From contig CANRPY010000006.1 in assembly GCA_947632595.1 (NCBI GenBank), positions 802 to 64,801 on the forward strand: DNA of 64,000 nt, written 5' to 3'. The notes beneath the pieces were generated by a model, which ran no database searches, had not been told where the DNA came from, and saw nothing but the letters and a program-made list of their open reading frames with translations. Source of the DNA: an uncultured Bacilli bacterium. GTDB lineage: Bacteria > Bacillota_I > Bacilli_A > RF39 > UBA660. Shown piece after piece: positions 17,814 through 27,208 of the stretch (position 1 is its first letter; each line of letters starts with the position of its first letter). The translations under genes and the position numbers were made by a program.

Positions 17814-18959
17814 ATGGGATTAATTAAAGCTGCTGTTAGTGCAGTAGGTAGTACTCTACATGATCAATGGAAAGAGTATATTAAATGTGATGATTTAGGA
17901 AATGATATTTTAATGAAGAAAGTATCTACTCCTAATGGAATTATTTCAAAGGATAGTGCAATTCAAGTTGCTACTGGACAAATTGCTGTTATCTTTCAAA
18001 ACGGACAAATTTTAGATGCTACTGCAGAGGAAGGAATTTATACTTTTGATCAATCTACTTCACCTTCTTTCTTTGCTGGACAATTTGGGGAAGTATTTAA
18101 AGAAATGTGGACTCGTTTTACTTATGGTGGAGGAGTTGCTAAGGAACAAGCTGTTTTCTATATTAATGCTAAGGAAATTATGGATAATAAGTTTGGTACA
18201 CCAGCACCTATTCCTTTCCAAGATTGGTCTCATCCTATTCCAAATCAAATGACGGGAGCTATGAGTCCATTAAGAGTAGAAGTTAAATGTTTTGGTAAAT
18301 ATACTTTTAAAATTACGGATCCAAGTACTTTTATGAGTAAAATTGCTGGTACTGCTGATGAATATCGTAAAGAAGATTTATGTGAACAAATGAGATCAGA
18401 AGTTATTGGGTCTTTCCAAAATGTCTTAAATGAATTAGGAAACTCTGAACATAAAGTTCCTGTTCTTGAACTTCCAAGTGCAACAGATGAAATTAAAACG
18501 ACAATGGATCAAAAAGTATTTGATCAACCAATTCGTGATCGTGGAATTAGTATTGTAGGATTTATTGTTGAATCTGTTACTCTAGATGAAGAATCTAATA
18601 AGAAAATTGATAATTACGAACTATCTTCCAATACACATATGCAACAAGGTACGCTTGTTGGAAGTTATGCAGAAGCTGTTAAAGATGCTGCAAATAATCC
18701 TAATGGAGCTGCTAATGGATTTGTTGGTGTTGGAATGATGAATATGGCAAGTGGTGGTATGATTGGTGGAACTGCTCAAGGTGTGTTCCAACAAAATCAA
18801 GCTGCCCCAGTTGCTGCTGCCGCTGGAGTTGCTACTGCACAAGGAGCTGCCCCTGCTGCTGGTGGTGCACCTGCTGCTGGAGCTAAGTTCTGTCCTGAAT
18901 GTGGTACTCCTACGAATGGAGCTAAATTTTGCTCTAATTGTGGAAAATCATTAATGTAG
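17814..18959 (+). CDS. ydjI: SPFH/Band-7-like protein with Ala/Pro-rich linker and C-terminal double zinc ribbon (YdjI-like)
   Basis: Same architecture as B. subtilis YdjI: ~280 aa SPFH-like body, low-complexity AAPVAAAAGVATAQGAAPAAGGAPAAG, then FCPECGTPTNGAKFCSNCG. Confidence 0.7.
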   Translation: MGLIKAAVSAVGSTLHDQWKEYIKCDDLGNDILMKKVSTPNGIISKDSAIQVATGQIAVIFQNGQILDATAEEGIYTFDQSTSPSFFAGQFGEVFKEMWTRFTYGGGVAKEQAVFYINAKEIMDNKFGTPAPIPFQDWSHPIPNQMTGAMSPLRVEVKCFGKYTFKITDPSTFMSKIAGTADEYRKEDLCEQMRSEVIGSFQNVLNELGNSEHKVPVLELPSATDEIKTTMDQKVFDQPIRDRGISIVGFIVESVTLDEESNKKIDNYELSSNTHMQQGTLVGSYAEAVKDAANNPNGAANGFVGVGMMNMASGGMIGGTAQGVFQQNQAAPVAAAAGVATAQGAAPAAGGAPAAGAKFCPECGTPTNGAKFCSNCGKSLM

Positions 18960-18962
18960 ATA

Positions 18963-18989
18963 AAAGACTAGAAAACTAGTCTTTTTTTT
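18963..18989 (+). terminator. Rho-independent terminator
   Basis: AAAGACTAG-AAAA-CTAGTCTTT followed by a T-run. Confidence 0.85.
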
Positions 18990-19153
18990 ATAAAAAGGAT
19001 TTATAGTCCTTTTTATTTGTTGTTATTTCAACCCTTTTTCTTCTTTTTTCTATTGAAAAAAATTTCAAAAAAAATCTAAAATTTCTTGATTTCCTTGATA
19101 TAAAAGGAAATTGACTCGATAAAAATTTTTTATAGTGTAAAAATAAGTAAAAT

Positions 19154-19182
19154 TTGACTCCTTTTTCCTTTTCTGTTAGAAT
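19154..19182 (+). promoter_or_regulatory. Sigma-A type promoter for the ankyrin-repeat gene
   Basis: TTGACT (19154-19159), 17 nt spacer, TAGAAT (19177-19182). Confidence 0.6.
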
Positions 19183-19226
19183 AGTGAAATGTCACGTGCG
19201 AAATGGTACGAAGAGGTGAAATATTT

Positions 19227-19901
19227 ATGACAAATAGTGAACAGCAAATGGTTAGTGCTTGTAAGGATGACCCCTCGATAATTTTTAAGATGATTAATAA
19301 AGGTTATTTTGAAGTGGTTGAGAAATTAGTAGAGGATAATTCTATTGATGTTAATTTAGTAGATGGAGCAGGTAATGATATCGTTACTAGACTTTTAAAA
19401 GCTAGACAATATGATTTAGTTGTTCAATTAATGAAGAAAAGAAATTGGAACGTCAATCATAAGAATCAAGAAGGAAATACTTTTGCTCATGTCCTTGCTC
19501 ATGATAATTCTTTATGTGCAATTCCAGTTGTTGAACAGTTGAATAAAAAGAAAAACTATCTTCCTAATATTAAAAATAATAAAGGGGAGACTATTCTTGA
19601 CCGGGCACTTAGTAGTAATTATTTGTGTACTGCGATTAAGATTATTCAAGATAAGAGATTTAATTCTGTTGATCTTTCTTCTTTTAAATCTTTATGTAAT
19701 GCTTTGATACAAAGTAATCAGTATGGTAAATATACAAAGATTAATACATTAGAAGTGATTGTTGAGAATTTTGAGAAAAAAGATTTAGAACCACAGGTTG
19801 CTAAATTAATTGAGAATTTAAGTGATAATATGGATGATATTAAAAGAGATATTATGAATAATGATTCTAGACTTTTAAATTCTTTGATTAATGGTAATTA
19901 A
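19227..19901 (+). CDS. Ankyrin-repeat protein
   Basis: Repeated ~33 aa units with G-x-T/D-x-L/A-H/R signatures (GAGNDIVTRLL, EGNTFAHVLA, KGETILDRAL). ATG 19227 with RBS AGAGGTG. Terminator at 19900-19921. Confidence 0.65.
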   Translation: MTNSEQQMVSACKDDPSIIFKMINKGYFEVVEKLVEDNSIDVNLVDGAGNDIVTRLLKARQYDLVVQLMKKRNWNVNHKNQEGNTFAHVLAHDNSLCAIPVVEQLNKKKNYLPNIKNNKGETILDRALSSNYLCTAIKIIQDKRFNSVDLSSFKSLCNALIQSNQYGKYTKINTLEVIVENFEKKDLEPQVAKLIENLSDNMDDIKRDIMNNDSRLLNSLINGN

Positions 19902-19979
19902 AAGGCTTTTGCCTTTTTTTGTTTGTGTTGATAAAATGTGAAAAATGTGTTAAATTATGATTGTTTTGGAGGGATTGTT

Positions 19980-21401
19980 ATGCATTTACCTGATTATAGA
20001 GAAGCTAGGACTCGTGATAAGAGAAGTTATCAAAGATTATCTTTTTCTTTGGATTCTAGTATTATGAATAAGTATGCTGGTAAAAAGTATTTTGTTAAGA
20101 CTTATGGTTGTCAAATGAATGAACATGATAGTGAAAATATTTGTGCTTTACTAGAGACTCTTGGTTTTTTAAAAGTAGATGATTATCCTGATGCTGATTT
20201 AGTCTTATTAAATACCTGTAGTATTCGTGAGAATGCTCATAATAAGGCATTTGGTATGCTTGGACGTTTAAAGCATCTTAAACAGGTAAATAAGGACCTT
20301 ATTATCGGAATTAGTGGTTGTATGGCACAAGAGGCTTCTGTAGTTGATCAGATTATGAGAGATTATCCTTTTGTGAATTTTGTAATTGGTACTCATAATT
20401 TTTATCAATTACCTGAAATTATTGATCAGGCAATTACTTCTTCTAAACAACAAATTGAAGTTTATTCTCGAGAGGGAGATTTGGTAGAGGGAGTTCCTGT
20501 TGTTCGAACGAGTCCTTTTAAAGCCTATGTTAATATTATTTATGGTTGTGATAAATTTTGTACTTATTGTATTGTTCCTTATACAAGGGGTAGGGAAAGA
20601 AGTCGTAAGAAGGAAGATATTTTAGAAGAAGTAAAAGAATTAATTCGAGATGGTTATCAAGAGGTTACTTTACTTGGACAAAATGTAAATGCTTATGGAA
20701 AAGATCTTTATGATGACTATGGTATGGGGGATTTATTAGAAGATATTGCGAAGTTAGAAATTCCTAGAATTCGATTTATGACAAGTCACCCTTGGGATTT
20801 TACTGATAAAATGATTCAAATTATTGGTAAGTATCCTAATATTATGCCTAGTATTCATTTACCTGTTCAGAGTGGATCAAATCGTATTTTAAAGAGAATG
20901 GGTAGAAGATATACGAGAGAGAGTTATTTGGAATTGTTTCATAAGATTAAAGAGACGGTACCTAATGTATCTATTTCAACCGATATTATTGTAGGTTTTC
21001 CTGGGGAAGAGGAAGAGGACTTTTTAGAGACTTTATCTCTTGCGGAGACATGTCAGTATGATAATGCTTTTACTTTTATCTTTTCTGCGAGAGAGGGGAC
21101 GCCTGCTGCTAAGTTAGAAGATCATACTCCTCTTGAGGTGAAAGAAGAGAGGCTTCAAAGATTAAATGAAGTCGTGAATGCTTCTTTTCTTAAGAATCAT
21201 AAGAAGTTAGAGGGATGTAGAGTAAAAGTATTGGTAGAAGGTATTTCTGAGAAGAAAGATATGTATTTTGGATATAGTGAGACCAATCAATTAATTAATT
21301 TTACAAGTAATCAAGAACTTACTTGTGGAGAAATTGTTGAGGTTGAAATTACTAGTGCTAAAACTTGGAGTTTAGATGGAAAATGTGTATCAAGCAATTG
21401 A
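19980..21401 (+). CDS. miaB: tRNA-i6A37 methylthiotransferase
   Basis: UPF0004 N-terminal domain YFVKTYGCQMNEHDSE, radical-SAM CDKFCTYCIVPYTRG, and a TRAM C-terminus. ATG 19980 with RBS GGAGGG. Confidence 0.9.
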   Translation: MHLPDYREARTRDKRSYQRLSFSLDSSIMNKYAGKKYFVKTYGCQMNEHDSENICALLETLGFLKVDDYPDADLVLLNTCSIRENAHNKAFGMLGRLKHLKQVNKDLIIGISGCMAQEASVVDQIMRDYPFVNFVIGTHNFYQLPEIIDQAITSSKQQIEVYSREGDLVEGVPVVRTSPFKAYVNIIYGCDKFCTYCIVPYTRGRERSRKKEDILEEVKELIRDGYQEVTLLGQNVNAYGKDLYDDYGMGDLLEDIAKLEIPRIRFMTSHPWDFTDKMIQIIGKYPNIMPSIHLPVQSGSNRILKRMGRRYTRESYLELFHKIKETVPNVSISTDIIVGFPGEEEEDFLETLSLAETCQYDNAFTFIFSAREGTPAAKLEDHTPLEVKEERLQRLNEVVNASFLKNHKKLEGCRVKVLVEGISEKKDMYFGYSETNQLINFTSNQELTCGEIVEVEITSAKTWSLDGKCVSSN

Positions 21402-21708
21402 TGAAGTGATCTCTTGTATTGTAGAATCTGCTGATTATCAAAATTGTCTTTCTTATCAAGATAAGATGAAAGATAACCCAGAGATTACTACTTTGATTCA
21501 AAAGGTTAAAGATACACAAAAAAAATATGTAAAGAGTGGGTATGCTCCTTCTATTTTAGAAGAGCTAGAGACCTATCAAAAACAATTAGATGAGATTCCT
21601 ATCTATAAGATGTATCAACAATCTTTAGATCGAGTAAATGAAATGATTTCTTATGTTAGAGAAAGCCTTAATCAATATTTTTCTTCTTTATTAAACGAAA
21701 AGAACTAG
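21376..21708 (+). CDS. ricA: YlbF/YmcA-family regulatory protein (RicA-like)
   Basis: 110 aa helical protein overlapping the miaB 3' end. This is the position ymcA occupies after ymcB(miaB) in B. subtilis. Confidence 0.6.
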   Translation: MENVYQAIDEVISCIVESADYQNCLSYQDKMKDNPEITTLIQKVKDTQKKYVKSGYAPSILEELETYQKQLDEIPIYKMYQQSLDRVNEMISYVRESLNQYFSSLLNEKN

Positions 21709-22334
21709 AATTTTTCTAGTTCTTTTACTAATTTATCTACTGTGTCTGTAATAAAGTTTCTTATTTCTGAAATATCTAGAGAATATGTTTTTTCTTGTTT
21801 TGAGTTTTCTATAATGATTCCCATCTTATTTATTAAAATATCTAATTTATCAATTGGAATTTCTTCTATCGTTGTTGTTGGTTCTTCAAATGGTTCATAG
21901 AAAAGAGATAGATCTAAGTCATATTCTTCTATTACTTTAATATTGAGATTGGTATAATCTGAATAAATTAATTCTTGTATTTCTTCTTTTGTAGATGCAA
22001 TTACTGTACCATCTAATAGACGAATGGAATTATCATATGTAATATGATCTAGGTAACCATCAAACCATTCTTTATCGGTAAATAGGTGAGTGTAGTATCC
22101 TAAGTCAAAGGCATTCTTTTTAAAATTAGGATATTTTAGTTCAAATAATTTTAAATTTGGAACATCTGCACGATAACTATTTTTAATAAAGTGTGAATCT
22201 TCTTTTGTTTTTCCTATTTGTTTTGCAAGATCTGGGGCAATGGAACCTAATAAATAATCACGTTCCTTTTCTATTTTTCCTATTCTTCTTTCTAATTCTT
22301 TTGCGACTGCAAGATGGATAATTGCTGATGCCAT
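21705..22334 (-). CDS. Putative metal-dependent hydrolase (Zn-dependent phospholipase C-like fold), uncertain
   Basis: N-terminal AIIHLAVAKE...GSIAPDL...HF...YYTHLFTDKEW pattern of His/Asp ligands. Its 3' end lies in a hairpin shared with the ricA stop (21701-21723). Confidence 0.3.
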   Translation of the reverse strand: MASAIIHLAVAKELERRIGKIEKERDYLLGSIAPDLAKQIGKTKEDSHFIKNSYRADVPNLKLFELKYPNFKKNAFDLGYYTHLFTDKEWFDGYLDHITYDNSIRLLDGTVIASTKEEIQELIYSDYTNLNIKVIEEYDLDLSLFYEPFEEPTTTIEEIPIDKLDILINKMGIIIENSKQEKTYSLDISEIRNFITDTVDKLVKELEKF

Positions 22335-22375
22335 AAATCATGACCTCCTTACTATATTTTCATTATATCATAACT

Positions 22376-23008
22376 CTACCAGTTTTTTCCGTAATAAAAG
22401 TCAAAATTGTCTAAGTTTTCATCACTTGCCATAGATGATTGTCTAGATTTTTTTGCTTCTTTGTTCCTCTCTTTTAATTCTTGTTCTTTGTTTTCTTGAT
22501 TGGAACTGTTATTATGGGAGGAAGTTTGTTCTTGTTTTTCTCCATTTGTTTCTTTTGCTTCTAACTTTTTAATTTCTTCTTCTAAATTTTCGGCATCCAT
22601 ACTGATTCCGCTTTTATCGTTTTCATCGGCACAATGATTTTGGTATAAAATTTCTCGTGCTTTTTTTAAAATTTCTTCTTCGTTGTTTGTTGCTTGTTTT
22701 ACATAAGTAAGAGATAAATTGATTTCTATATCACAAACTCTTCTTTTAGGAGGATTCTTTTGTAGGGCTTCTTCATAAGACTTTCTTGCTTTTTCGTATT
22801 CTCCTTTTTGAAAGTACATATTTCCTTCGTTATAGTTTGCTATATAGTCTTCTAATGTTTTTCTTGTTTTTAATTTTTCTATTTTTTTCTCGTTATAAAT
22901 TCCTTTTTTATTTTCTGCAATAAAGGATTCGTTTAGGAGATACGTGTACAAAGTATTTAAAAATAAGATTGTTAGAAGTATTAAGAATAATTTTTGTCCT
23001 ATTTTCAT
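22376..23008 (-). CDS. TPR-repeat membrane-anchored protein (BatC-like)
   Basis: N-terminal TM, TPR unit GNMYFQKGEYEKARKSYEEALQKNP, and a Glu/Lys/Ser/Asn-rich tail. ATG 23008 abuts the stop of the upstream VWA gene; ORF-track start 23083 rejected. Confidence 0.6.
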   Translation of the reverse strand: MKIGQKLFLILLTILFLNTLYTYLLNESFIAENKKGIYNEKKIEKLKTRKTLEDYIANYNEGNMYFQKGEYEKARKSYEEALQKNPPKRRVCDIEINLSLTYVKQATNNEEEILKKAREILYQNHCADENDKSGISMDAENLEEEIKKLEAKETNGEKQEQTSSHNNSSNQENKEQELKERNKEAKKSRQSSMASDENLDNFDFYYGKNW

Positions 23009-23928
23009 TTTATCGTCCTCCTTGTTTCTTTTATCTCTACGATTAGTAGAATTAGGAGAGGAATCGCAAATAGGAAATAGCAATCTTGGTATCCTTCTTT
23101 TGTGCTTTTTGTTTTTTCATAGCGAGCGATTTTTTCAATTTCTTTCTCCTGTTTTTTGATTTCTTTTTCTTCTGCTTTGGCATAAGGAATTTCTAAGTCA
23201 CTCGCAATCTTTTTTAGGTTCTTTTCTTCTAATTTTGAAATGGCTTCTTTTGTAGGATACTCACTATAGTCTATTAGGTAAGAGTCTGTAGTATTATCCA
23301 TCATATGGGCTCCTTCTGTTGTTCCATAGCCTAGGATGATTCCACCATCTATATATTTATGCAGAGATTTGTAACTTTCTAATGCTTGTTGATTGGTTAT
23401 TTCTCCATCACTCATGAATATTACAATTCTTGTTCTTTCTTTTTCTTCTTCAGCAGAACGCTTTAGTAATTTTTCTAGTTCTTCTTTTGGAGTATTTAGA
23501 GAAGTTCCTTTTGCGTAAAAACTTTTTACAGGTTCTGTGATTTCTATTGCTTCTTTTACCATTTCCGTATCTCTTGTATAGGGAATGGTTAGTTTTGCAG
23601 TGTTGTTAAATAGGATGAGTGAAAACCTTGCTCCTGCAAAATCTTGTATGATTTTTTTACTATCTTCTTTTACGCCATCTAATCTTTTTCCGCTTCCGTT
23701 ATAGTCTTCTGCATTCATACTAATGGTATTATCGATTACAAAAATGATATCTAAATTGCTTGTTAGATTCTCTTGATTGTTTAGATGAATCATTGGCCTT
23801 AAATTGATTAGAAATAGTAGAATGAAGATTATTTGATAATTTCTTTTTGCCTGTTTTAAAAGAAAAACTTCTAATAGAATGATTAATAGAATCATGATTG
23901 GAAGTGGAATTATTGGAAAGAATTTCAT
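23005..23928 (-). CDS. VWA-domain membrane protein (BatB-like)
   Basis: Two N-terminal TM helices, MIDAS-like IFVIDNTISM, a VWA body, and a C-terminal TM CYFLFAIPLLILLIV. Confidence 0.7.
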   Translation of the reverse strand: MKFFPIIPLPIMILLIILLEVFLLKQAKRNYQIIFILLFLINLRPMIHLNNQENLTSNLDIIFVIDNTISMNAEDYNGSGKRLDGVKEDSKKIIQDFAGARFSLILFNNTAKLTIPYTRDTEMVKEAIEITEPVKSFYAKGTSLNTPKEELEKLLKRSAEEEKERTRIVIFMSDGEITNQQALESYKSLHKYIDGGIILGYGTTEGAHMMDNTTDSYLIDYSEYPTKEAISKLEEKNLKKIASDLEIPYAKAEEKEIKKQEKEIEKIARYEKTKSTKEGYQDCYFLFAIPLLILLIVEIKETRRTIK

Positions 23929-24935
23929 GATACCACCTTCTTTCTTATTAGAAGAATGGCAATGAAGGAGAATAACAATCCTAGAAGAGGAAGAAGAGGT
24001 TGGTCTACTTTTTCTTTTTCTATTTTGCTTTCTACTAGTGTTTTTGATGTCTTTTCAATTTCTTTTACAATCTTATCTGTTTTATTGCTATCTTCATACA
24101 ATTTTCCATTTGTCATTTCTACTGCATTTTTAAGGGCTTCTTTATTTTCTTTGGTGATATTATCTGTACTAATTCCATAGACAATAATCTTTTTTTCTTT
24201 TCCTATTTCTGCAGCTTCTTCTAGTGTTAATAGAGGTTTTCCTTCTAGGGCATTATCGGTTGTGAAGATAATGATTCTTGTTCGTTCTTCTTCTAAATTT
24301 GAGAAGGTTTGGATACAAGATGCTAGACCATCTCCTATTAGAGAACTTCCTCTTGTTTCATTTCCTTCTAATGTTCCATTATATATGTAGTTTATCACCG
24401 AATAATAGTCTTCTCCTGTATAGGGTCCATATTGGTATGAATTGTTTGCTTTTAGTGATTTTTCTATTTCTTCAAGGGAAGTTTTTGTATATTGATAATC
24501 ATCGGTTAGAGGAGAAATTAGAATAGATGTTGTATTAAAAATAGAAATTCCAAACCGTTCTCCTTTTAGGGAGTCTACGGTATTTTCTAAATCTTTGATT
24601 AATTCGATATTTAACTGGTCTACTGATGAAGATACATCCATACATAAAACAATGTCTCTTTTATGGGCGCTTTCTTTTTTTGTTTCTTCTTTTTGCAATC
24701 TTGTACAAAGTAGGAGAGAAGAAAGGATTGCTACTGCATAAGAAAAATAAAGAAGTTTTTTATAAAAGTGATATTTCTTTTTTAGAGATTGATAGTAGGG
24801 CGTATTTTCTATAAACTCGGTGTTTGCAATTTTTATTTTTTTAATTTCTTTTTCCTTTTTTGTCTCTTTTTTTCTTAAGGATAGAATGATTCCTATTAAG
24901 AAAAGAATTCCCAAAATTTTATATTTTATTTCCAT
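23925..24935 (-). CDS. VWA-domain membrane protein (BatA-like)
   Basis: N-terminal TMs, MIDAS VLCMDVSSSV (DxSxS), and a C-terminal TM LLPLLGLLFSFIAILLI. ATGA-type overlap with the downstream gene. Confidence 0.7.
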   Translation of the reverse strand: MEIKYKILGILFLIGIILSLRKKETKKEKEIKKIKIANTEFIENTPYYQSLKKKYHFYKKLLYFSYAVAILSSLLLCTRLQKEETKKESAHKRDIVLCMDVSSSVDQLNIELIKDLENTVDSLKGERFGISIFNTTSILISPLTDDYQYTKTSLEEIEKSLKANNSYQYGPYTGEDYYSVINYIYNGTLEGNETRGSSLIGDGLASCIQTFSNLEEERTRIIIFTTDNALEGKPLLTLEEAAEIGKEKKIIVYGISTDNITKENKEALKNAVEMTNGKLYEDSNKTDKIVKEIEKTSKTLVESKIEKEKVDQPLLPLLGLLFSFIAILLIRKKVVS

Positions 24936-25372
24936 TCTTCTATTACCTTCTTTGTTTTTTCAATGGATTTTAAAATATTTTTTTCTTCTTGTTTGGCAAA
25001 TTCTGGTACGTAGTATTCTTCTATTAATTCGGATATTTTGGGAATCTTTAATTTTTTAATTTCTGTAAGAGAATAATTAGAAAGTTTTTTCTTTGTTTTC
25101 TCTTCGGTAAAGGAACGTAGTAATTTACTTAGTTTTTGATAAGCTTGACGATTGGAGATTTTATTTTCTATGACTTGTTGTTTTAACTCTTCTAGGTCAT
25201 GTATCCATATTTTTGTTTCTATTTCTTTTGGAAGTGTTGTTCTTACTACTTGTTTTTTCGTTTTCTTTTTTAGAATAAGAGAAAGGAGTAAGAGAATGAT
25301 TCCTCCTAAAAGAACGAATAGGGGTAGTAGGGAGTAGGAAAACATTGGTTTCAAATAATTTTCTTCTAACAT
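24926..25372 (-). CDS. Single-TM helical protein (DUF4381-like position in Bat-type operons)
   Basis: TM LLPLFVLLGGIILLLLSLIL followed by a Lys/Glu-rich helical region. Sits between the DUF58 and VWA genes. Confidence 0.45.
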   Translation of the reverse strand: MLEENYLKPMFSYSLLPLFVLLGGIILLLLSLILKKKTKKQVVRTTLPKEIETKIWIHDLEELKQQVIENKISNRQAYQKLSKLLRSFTEEKTKKKLSNYSLTEIKKLKIPKISELIEEYYVPEFAKQEEKNILKSIEKTKKVIEEWK

Positions 25373-25373
25373 A

Positions 25374-26225
25374 TTATCCCTCCAATAATTTTATAATTTT
25401 TTCATTAATCTCTTCTTCTTTATGAATCATTACTGAGTTTATTTTTAATCTTTTTAGATTTCTTTTCTTTTTTTGCCAGAACTCACTCTTTATTTTCTCT
25501 TCTATTTCTTTTAGTTGTTCATCTTTTAAAAAGAATTCTGGAATTTGTTTTTCGTCTGTTACATCCCAAATATTTTCTCCATGCATTTCATGATCTTTTA
25601 TACAGATGAGAAAGATATCACTTGTTTGTTTTAGGGCTTGTAATGTCTTTTTCTCTATTAAATTTAGTCCTGCAAGATCAGTGATGATAAAGATGACTTT
25701 TCTTTCTTGGATATTTTTTACAACTTCTTGTAGTGTTTTTTCGATACTATAGTTTTCTTTTGGCATGTTGTGATTATAGTCTGATAGATACTCTTCTAGT
25801 GCATATAAATTTTCTTTCCATGGTTTCCATTCTAATTTTTCTTTTTGGTAGATCATGGCTACTTTATCTTTGTTGTTGATGGCAAGATATCCAATGGTAC
25901 CTGCTATGAAGGTTGCTAAATCTTTTTTGTTTTCTAATTCATCGGTTACGGCTTCCATTTTAAGACCAGTATCTAAAATCAACAAAACATTATGTTTTTT
26001 CTCGGCAATAAATTGTTTTACGAGCAAGTTTCCACTTCTTGCAGAAGACTTCCAATCAATATCCTTATAATCATCATTTATGGTATACTCTCTTAAATTT
26101 TCAAAATTTAGGCTTTTTCCTTGATAAATGGATTTATAATTTCCTTCTAATAAATTTCTTGTTTTCTTATGAATGGGAATGGATAGTTTTGCTTGGATTT
26201 TGTGGATATATGTTAATGTTTTCAT
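25374..26225 (-). CDS. DUF58 family protein (VWA-like, MoxR-associated)
   Basis: Signature DDYKDIDWKSSARSGNLLVKQF (D-x-R/K-x-IDW-x-x-SAR). Start overlaps the moxR stop. Confidence 0.75.
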   Translation of the reverse strand: MKTLTYIHKIQAKLSIPIHKKTRNLLEGNYKSIYQGKSLNFENLREYTINDDYKDIDWKSSARSGNLLVKQFIAEKKHNVLLILDTGLKMEAVTDELENKKDLATFIAGTIGYLAINNKDKVAMIYQKEKLEWKPWKENLYALEEYLSDYNHNMPKENYSIEKTLQEVVKNIQERKVIFIITDLAGLNLIEKKTLQALKQTSDIFLICIKDHEMHGENIWDVTDEKQIPEFFLKDEQLKEIEEKIKSEFWQKKKRNLKRLKINSVMIHKEEEINEKIIKLLEG

Positions 26226-27208
26226 GGAGTAGGTACCGCTTCCATAATGGCGTCAATGATTTGTTCTTCTGTTACTTTGTCAGCAACAGCAGAAAAATTT
26301 AGGGAAATTCTATGACGAAGAATACTATAACGTAAGTCTTTGATATCATCTGGTGTTACATAGCATCTTCCTTTTATCAAAGCAAGAGCTTTTGAGCATT
26401 CCATAAAAGCAATGGTTCCTCTAGGACTTGAACCTAAATCAATGTATTCTGCAAAATTTTTCTCAATGTAGTTTGCAGGGTATCTTGTTGCTAAAATAAT
26501 TTGGGCAATATATTTTTTTACAGATTCATCTATATATACTTTTTTCGTTATCGTTTGTAAATATTTTAAATCCTCTAATTTTAAGATGGCATCTTTTTTC
26601 TCAAATGCATTTTCTTCTATCTTTTTTAGCATTTCTACTTCTTCTAGTACTGTTGGGTAATCTAATTTCTCTTTGATTAAGAATCGATCTAGTTGTGCTT
26701 CTGCAAGAACATAAGTTCCTTCTTGTTCAATTGGGTTTTGAGTTGCGATTACTACAAATATTTCTGGTAGAGAATATCGTTTTCCATCGATTGTAATTTG
26801 TCTTTCTTGCATGGCTTCTAAGGTAGCACTTTGTGTTTTTGCACTGGAACGATTGATTTCATCTAATAGAACAAAATTTGCAAATATAGGTCCTATTTTG
26901 GTTTCAAATTCACTTGTTTTATAGTTAAATATTTGGGTACCGATAATATCACTTGGAAGTAAGTCTGGTGTACATTGTATTCTTTTAAATTCTCCTGCAA
27001 CGGCATCGGTTAGTACTTTTGCTGCTGTTGTTTTGGCAAGACCTGGAACGGATTCTAGTAAAATATGTCCATTTGCCATGATGGCAATTAATAGAGATCT
27101 TAAAAGATTTTTTTGTCCTACAATTTGACTAGAATAATATTTTTCTATTTCTTCCAAAATTGTTAAAGATTTCTTTAATTCTTCTTCCGTAATTGTTTCT
27201 TTTTCCAT
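26222..27208 (-). CDS. MoxR-family AAA+ ATPase
   Basis: Walker A ESVPGLAKTTAAK, Walker B FVLLDEINR, and sensor regions. ATG 27208 with RBS AAGGAG; the upstream ORF-track extension to 27298 lacks an RBS. Confidence 0.9.
   Translation of the reverse strand: MEKETITEEELKKSLTILEEIEKYYSSQIVGQKNLLRSLLIAIMANGHILLESVPGLAKTTAAKVLTDAVAGEFKRIQCTPDLLPSDIIGTQIFNYKTSEFETKIGPIFANFVLLDEINRSSAKTQSATLEAMQERQITIDGKRYSLPEIFVVIATQNPIEQEGTYVLAEAQLDRFLIKEKLDYPTVLEEVEMLKKIEENAFEKKDAILKLEDLKYLQTITKKVYIDESVKKYIAQIILATRYPANYIEKNFAEYIDLGSSPRGTIAFMECSKALALIKGRCYVTPDDIKDLRYSILRHRISLNFSAVADKVTEEQIIDAIMEAVPTP

Noticed and set aside
26039-26302. Several 60-90 aa plus-strand ORFs inside the minus-strand MoxR/VWA operon (for example 23956-24180, 24278-24526, 24820-25059, 25855-26070, 26039-26302).
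   Set aside because: All are antisense to genes with clear family motifs. Their Phe/Leu/Ser-rich composition is typical of antisense to Lys/Glu-rich AT-rich coding sequence.
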